Assembly: GCA_017555825.1 (NCBI GenBank)
Contig: JAFZFQ010000061.1
Location: forward strand, 9,534 to 73,533
Direction: 5' to 3'
Origin: Bacteroidaceae bacterium
GTDB taxonomy: Bacteria > Bacteroidota > Bacteroidia > Bacteroidales > Barnesiellaceae_A
DNA length: 64,000 nt
Position 1 is the stretch's first letter; each line of letters opens with the position of its first letter. The translations under genes and the position numbers were made by a program. A model generated the notes under the pieces. That model worked only from the letters and a program-made list of their open reading frames with translations, searched no databases and had not been told where the DNA came from. This document shows positions 60,737-64,000 of this stretch, in pieces.

Positions 60737-61393
60737 TTATTTTGCGCGCTCGATGTAAGAGTCGATAGTCGCAGCTTGTTGAGAAGTGGGGTACTCGTTC
60801 TTGATTTGCTCGTATACTTTCAAGGCAGCAGCTTTGTTGCCGAGTTTCTCGTATACGTTGGCAGCCTTAAACAAGTAGATGGGCGAGAATACGTCGTTGT
60901 TGGCAGCTTTGGCAGCTTTCTCAAAGTATTTTACTGCATCGGCTGCGTTGTCCATGTTTACAAGAGCGTTACCGATAGCAGCACTTACAGCGGGTGCAAT
61001 CAACACGTCGTTGGCGCTGAACTTGCTCAAGTAAGTCTTGGCATTCTCATACTCACCCAAGTTGTAGTATGCCAAACCTGCATATACGTTGGCGATGTTG
61101 CCGGCCTTTGTTGAGCCGTAGCTGTCGATAACAGCAAGCAAACCGTCGAACTCTTCGTTACCATTGAGGGCAACTTCGTATGACTCTTGCTCAAATGCCA
61201 ATACAGATTGGAACAAAGCCTCTTGAGCCTTGTCTTCGCGGGGCTCGAAGTAGAATTGTTTCACTGCCAATACTATCGCGATTACTGCGATGATAGCTCC
61301 CAATACAGACATGATTGTCTTTTGGTTCTTCACTAAAAATCTTTCTGATGACGAAACTTCGTGTACCATTTCGTCTTTCTTTTGTTCTGTCAT
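60737..61393 (-). CDS. Membrane-anchored tetratricopeptide-repeat protein
   Basis: N-terminal TM helix (IMSVLGAIIAVIAIVLAV) followed by TPR-like repeats (AYYNLGEYENAKTYL, AANVYEKLGNKAAALKVY). Confidence 0.55.
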   Translation of the reverse strand: MTEQKKDEMVHEVSSSERFLVKNQKTIMSVLGAIIAVIAIVLAVKQFYFEPREDKAQEALFQSVLAFEQESYEVALNGNEEFDGLLAVIDSYGSTKAGNIANVYAGLAYYNLGEYENAKTYLSKFSANDVLIAPAVSAAIGNALVNMDNAADAVKYFEKAAKAANNDVFSPIYLFKAANVYEKLGNKAAALKVYEQIKNEYPTSQQAATIDSYIERAK

Positions 61394-61447
61394 ATCCTTG
61401 TATTATTTTTTATTCCTTGTTTCTGAGTGCATTTTGCATTCGACCGA

Positions 61448-61455
61448 CAAAATTA
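61448..61455 (-). promoter_or_regulatory. -7 promoter box (TAatTTTG on the minus strand)
   Basis: The + strand reads CAAAATTA, about 55 nt upstream of the ATG at 61393. Confidence 0.4.
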
Positions 61456-61536
61456 ATTGTTTTCTTTCGATATACGAAATTTCGCGCTCATTTTTTTACC
61501 TATAAATTGCGACAGGTGCGCAAAAATGTGTTTTTT

Positions 61537-61980
61537 CTACCTTTTCAACCCCTGTATGGCTATCAAAATGCTCAGTGTCGATAGTGTGGCTATGGCTATG
61601 ATAATGAGCCAATAGGTGTAGTGATGGGGCGCTGTTGTTTGTGTTGGGGTAGTGGGTAGTGCGTAGGGTATGGAGTCGGTAGTGTGTAGTTCTCGTACTT
61701 GTATAGTTATACTGTCGCGACGTGGCTCTATGGCAAGTGTGTGCGATAGTGTGCCGTTTGTTATGGTTGCTTGGCTATATACCCCATCGGCCTGTAGTGT
61801 GCTTGTTGTGTCGCGGGTGTGGTTGCTGTGTGTCTCGCCGTTGCGCACTATCTCTATGATGGTATCTCGCAGGATTACAACCTCCTTGTGTCGCTGCTCG
61901 ATGGGTATATATACGGTCTTTGTGCAAGCGGTGGTGGCTATAAGACTCAGTGCCAAAATTGTGTATAAAACTCGTTTCAT
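61537..61980 (-). CDS. Unimolecular-spanin-like protein (N-terminal lipoprotein signal plus C-terminal TM helix)
   Basis: From the ATG at 61980 it reads MKRVLYTILALSLIATTAC (lipobox), then a Thr/His-rich beta-type middle, then a C-terminal helix YWLIIIAIATLSTLSILIAIQGL-KR. ATGA overlap with the endolysin gene. Confidence 0.5.
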   Translation of the reverse strand: MKRVLYTILALSLIATTACTKTVYIPIEQRHKEVVILRDTIIEIVRNGETHSNHTRDTTSTLQADGVYSQATITNGTLSHTLAIEPRRDSITIQVRELHTTDSIPYALPTTPTQTTAPHHYTYWLIIIAIATLSTLSILIAIQGLKR

Positions 61981-62384
61981 GTGTGTATCACCTCCCCTCG
62001 GTTGTTGCCATCGCGCCGGTAGCTTACATGTACCCATGCAGGCCCGTGGCTGTTGCCTCGCTCCCATATCAGTTGGTCGAATGGCATGTTGAGTAGTATA
62101 TCGAAGAGCTTGCGGTTGCCTTGTGGTGAGCCTGTGCAGAGGTCGGCAGCCTCGCCTGTGAGGTGCTGGCTGTTGCTTACGCCGCCTACGCTCTTATTTA
62201 GTCTCTTACAACGGTATCCACTGTTTATTCTTATAGGACTTTTTAGTGCTGCGCGTGTCGGGTCGAGTAGTGTCTCGACAAGTGCTTTGAGGTTTTCTAC
62301 TGCCTCGGGTGGAGGTGTGTTGTCGATGTGTAGTTGTCGAGCCACTGCGCTGTCGCATAGCTCGTCGATGCTGAAGTATTTCAT
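61977..62384 (-). CDS. Peptidase M15 (VanY/phage-endolysin-type zinc D-Ala-D-Ala or L-Ala-D-Glu peptidase)
   Basis: 135 aa. Contains SGYRCKRLNKSVGGVSNSQHLTGEAADL and WVHVSY, which are the His/Asp/His zinc ligands of the Peptidase_M15_3 family. No signal peptide. Confidence 0.8.
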   Translation of the reverse strand: MKYFSIDELCDSAVARQLHIDNTPPPEAVENLKALVETLLDPTRAALKSPIRINSGYRCKRLNKSVGGVSNSQHLTGEAADLCTGSPQGNRKLFDILLNMPFDQLIWERGNSHGPAWVHVSYRRDGNNRGEVIHT

Positions 62385-62620
62385 AACTCACCTCCCTCTT
62401 TGTCGGGGTGAGGGTGTGTGCGCACGCGGTAGCTGTAGTCTACGCCAAACAGTGCCCCTGCAAAGGTTACTACCTCGCCAAATGCTACCAATACACTTTG
62501 ATGAATTTCGCCCTCGGGGTGTGTCCAAAACCCCGAGAAGATAAGAACGATACCAGCCAGGCACATAACGCATGCCATGGTGAGGTGAATTGCCAATTTA
62601 TTTAATTTTCCTTTGCTCAT
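62381..62620 (-). CDS. Holin-like small membrane protein
   Basis: 79 aa from the ATG at 62620. Two TM helices (LAIHLTMACVMCLAGIVLIFSGF and SVLVAFGEVVTFAGALFGV) and a charged C-terminal tail. ATGA overlap with the endolysin gene. Confidence 0.5.
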   Translation of the reverse strand: MSKGKLNKLAIHLTMACVMCLAGIVLIFSGFWTHPEGEIHQSVLVAFGEVVTFAGALFGVDYSYRVRTHPHPDKEGGEL

Positions 62621-62749
62621 ATCTTTTTTAGTGCAAAGATGGGCTACAATTTGTGCCAAAGAGTGCGATAGCGTGAATACGAGTATTGTGCTACTGAAAA
62701 ATGTTAGATATTTTTAAGCAGTATACTTGCATATTTATCTTGATTTGTG

Positions 62750-62757
62750 TAAATTTG
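62750..62757 (+). promoter_or_regulatory. -7 promoter box (TAaaTTTG)
   Basis: TAnnTTTG match 31 nt upstream of the ATG at 62789. Confidence 0.45.
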
Positions 62758-62788
62758 TCACAATTATAACCTTTTATATGTATATACC

Positions 62789-63601
62789 ATGGGCTTATTT
62801 GGAATTAACACAGAGAGCGACATGAGAGGTTTTGAACAAACCATCGAACGCCTGAAAGCTGAATATGCACAGCTTGACCAAGAGAACAAGTCTAAAGATG
62901 CTGAAATAGAGCGCCTGAAGAAAATAATCGAAGGCATGGGTCATGCCGAGGAAAAACCCATACCGCAACCCGAGGCCGTTCCCGAAGAGCAACCTGTACC
63001 CACGCATGGTGCCGATTGTGCCCCCGCAATAGAGGCATTGAATGCATCGCTGGCCGAAATCAAAGAGCAGACTCTTGCTCAAAAAGCTTTGATGGAGGAG
63101 TTTAAAGTGTTGCTTGGCTTCAGAGACAAGCAAGATGAGAATATGCGAGCCATGCACAAGGAGTTGGAGCAATATAAAGGCGACTTTTTTGTCAAGATAA
63201 CACAACCCTATTTGAAGGCATTGCTCGACTTGCACAGTCGCTTCTATGGCACATATACATTCTTCGACAAGCGCGACAATACCGAGGGTGATATGTCTAA
63301 GTTGTATGCCGACCTTCTTAGCGAGTTTAAGAGCGCTATCATGGCATTGAGCGACCGTGTATACAACGACTTTGGTGTTGAATACTACGAGCCACAAGTG
63401 GGCGATGAGTTTAATCGCAAGTTGCATCAACAACTTATGGGTGATACTGTAGAGACCAACAATCCCGAACAAAATGGTCGTATTGCCGAGACACTATGCG
63501 GTGGCTTTACCAATGTTGATACTGAAAAGGTGGTGCGCTATGCACGTGTCAAAGTATTTAAGTATACAGGAGAACCCCAAGCAACAGAAACACAAGAATA
63601 A
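62789..63601 (+). CDS. GrpE-like nucleotide exchange factor (atypical, 270 aa)
   Basis: A long coiled coil, then a GrpE-type C-terminus: FGVEYYEPQVGDEFNRKLHQQL...GGFTNVDTEKVVRYARVKVFK aligns with E. coli [20 protein letters not shown]...KGYTLNGRTIRAAMVTVAK. Confidence 0.65.
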   Translation: MGLFGINTESDMRGFEQTIERLKAEYAQLDQENKSKDAEIERLKKIIEGMGHAEEKPIPQPEAVPEEQPVPTHGADCAPAIEALNASLAEIKEQTLAQKALMEEFKVLLGFRDKQDENMRAMHKELEQYKGDFFVKITQPYLKALLDLHSRFYGTYTFFDKRDNTEGDMSKLYADLLSEFKSAIMALSDRVYNDFGVEYYEPQVGDEFNRKLHQQLMGDTVETNNPEQNGRIAETLCGGFTNVDTEKVVRYARVKVFKYTGEPQATETQE

Positions 63602-63628
63602 ACAAATAACAAAAAAATATATAGAACT

Positions 63629-64000
63629 ATGGCAAACGATAAAAGTAGAGCCGTATATGGCATAGACTTGGGTACAACATTCAGTTGTATCTCTCAAGTA
63701 GACCGTTATGATCAAGCAGTAGTGCTTCGCAACTTTGAGGGCGACGCTACTACTCCTTCGGTAGTATATATTGAGTCGGAAAGCAACATGATTGTGGGTA
63801 AAGAGGCCAAGAACCAATTGGCAGTAGAGCCCGAGAAGACAGTTGCATTCATCAAGCGTGAGATAGGTAATGACGACGCCTTCGACAAGAGCAAGAATAC
63901 CACTCCCATGCACCTCGACCCCGTAGAGATTTCGGCTCTTATCCTCAAGAAACTTGTGCAAGATGCCAACAACTTGGGCGATAACCCCGAGCCTATCACC
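63629..64000 (+). CDS. Hsp70-family ATPase, 3'-truncated by the window edge
   Basis: Not in the ORF track because it is open at the window end. My translation reads MANDKSRAVYGIDLGTTFSCISQV...TTPSVVYIE...IVGKEAKNQ...FIKREIG...PVEISALILKKL, which carries the phosphate-1 and adjacent Hsp70 motifs. Confidence 0.8.
   Translation, partial: MANDKSRAVYGIDLGTTFSCISQVDRYDQAVVLRNFEGDATTPSVVYIESESNMIVGKEAKNQLAVEPEKTVAFIKREIGNDDAFDKSKNTTPMHLDPVEISALILKKLVQDANNLGDNPEPIT

Noticed and set aside
59938-62620. tRNA-Tyr as an integration site for a prophage that would carry the lysis cassette
   Set aside because: The core genes ribH and the TPR gene lie between the tRNA and the cassette. I found no duplicate of the tRNA 3' end and no integrase within the window.

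Overview
Chromosomal window from a Bacteroidota genome, probably Bacteroidales. This is supported by recurring TAnnTTTG -7 promoter boxes, a T9SS C-terminal sorting domain, a DUF3078-type barrel, and a methylmalonyl-CoA decarboxylase operon. No transposase, integrase, CRISPR array or rRNA was recognised. All calls come from reading the ORF track and the DNA directly; no database search was run.

Gene order, left to right:
- rpoB (5'-truncated) and rpoC
- class I fumarate hydratase, bifunctional nuclease, nupG-like permease, rsmE, and a TPR protein
- a lipoprotein plus small beta-barrel OMP pair
- a Wzi-like barrel, a lipocalin-like lipoprotein, a hypothetical protein, and a DUF3078 barrel
- pyrG and yidC
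- an inverted paralogous copy of the lipoprotein/OMP pair
- an 11-kb Wza/Wzc/Wzx/Wzy exopolysaccharide locus, plus a divergent membrane GT2
- the mce-mmdA-(LTD/OadG)-BCCP-mmdB propionate-pathway operon
- a divergent Pgl/NagB-like protein
- purH and mreBCD-mrdA-rodA
- small envelope proteins, an M16 peptidase, and a T9SS CotH kinase-like protein
- an NfsA-like nitroreductase, tRNA-Tyr, ribH, and a TPR membrane protein
- a compact holin / M15 endolysin / u-spanin-like lysis cassette
- a divergent GrpE-like plus Hsp70-like pair, cut by the window end

Observations most worth follow-up:
1. An 84-bp tandem repeat that carries both a palindrome and a full -7 promoter box. It occurs as arrays at two loci, each sitting between a terminator and a downstream gene.
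2. The orphan lysis cassette.
3. The dedicated GrpE-like/Hsp70-like module.
4. The inverted duplication of the lipoprotein/beta-barrel cassette, both copies next to polysaccharide genes.
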